A stretch of 64,000 nt of DNA from Octopus vulgaris (taxonomy: Eukaryota). Where the stretch lies: assembly GCA_951406725.2 (NCBI GenBank), contig OX597832.1, forward strand, positions 14,632,001 through 14,696,000, given 5' to 3'. A program made the translations under genes and the position numbers. The notes beneath the pieces are model-generated. The model did no database searches, was not told the DNA's origin, and was given only the letters and a program-made list of their open reading frames with translations. This document shows, one piece after another, positions 63,753 through 64,000 of this stretch (positions are counted from its first letter, which is position 1; every line of letters starts with the position of its first letter).

Positions 63753-64000
63753 CTAATATTGCAACAAAACTTTCTCTAAAACTTTCTTCTTCGTATATTA
63801 ATGATGCTCAAATTGAGCATAAGAAAATGCAAAATGTAAGGAATGCCGTACCTTACGCAAGACAGCCAAATATAAGTCATTAGTAAATAATCTATTAATG
63901 TAATAATGATCTGTTTTGTTTTTAAATGCCCCCCCCCAAAAAAAAGAAGGTTGCTCGTGGTATGTAAACAGAATATATAAATCGGCTGTAATAATCCATT

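Overview
AT-rich eukaryotic DNA dense in microsatellites. The SINE families and the (TA)n/(CA)n/(TAA)n/(CTA)n load resemble an octopus genome; this assignment is an inference from recalled repeat sequences. I found no intact host protein-coding gene, rRNA, true tRNA or CRISPR array. Most supplied ORFs are microsatellite read-throughs, and the few meaningful ones are decayed transposon fragments. The window contains three mariner and one Tc1/mariner-type remnant, L1/Tx1-like LINE pieces, RTE, CR1 and R4/Dong LINE 3' ends, a Penelope-like element, a solo LTR with a 4-bp TSD, at least three tRNA-derived SINE families (several with clear TSDs) and several foldback/MITE structures. The most interesting signal is a ~50-nt 3' tail shared by an apparently ORF1-only (HAL1-like) element, a tRNA-SINE family and a Tx1-like ORF2 fragment, which suggests one LINE machinery mobilising two kinds of non-autonomous partner. 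All translations and alignments were done by eye, and boundaries of decayed elements are approximate.
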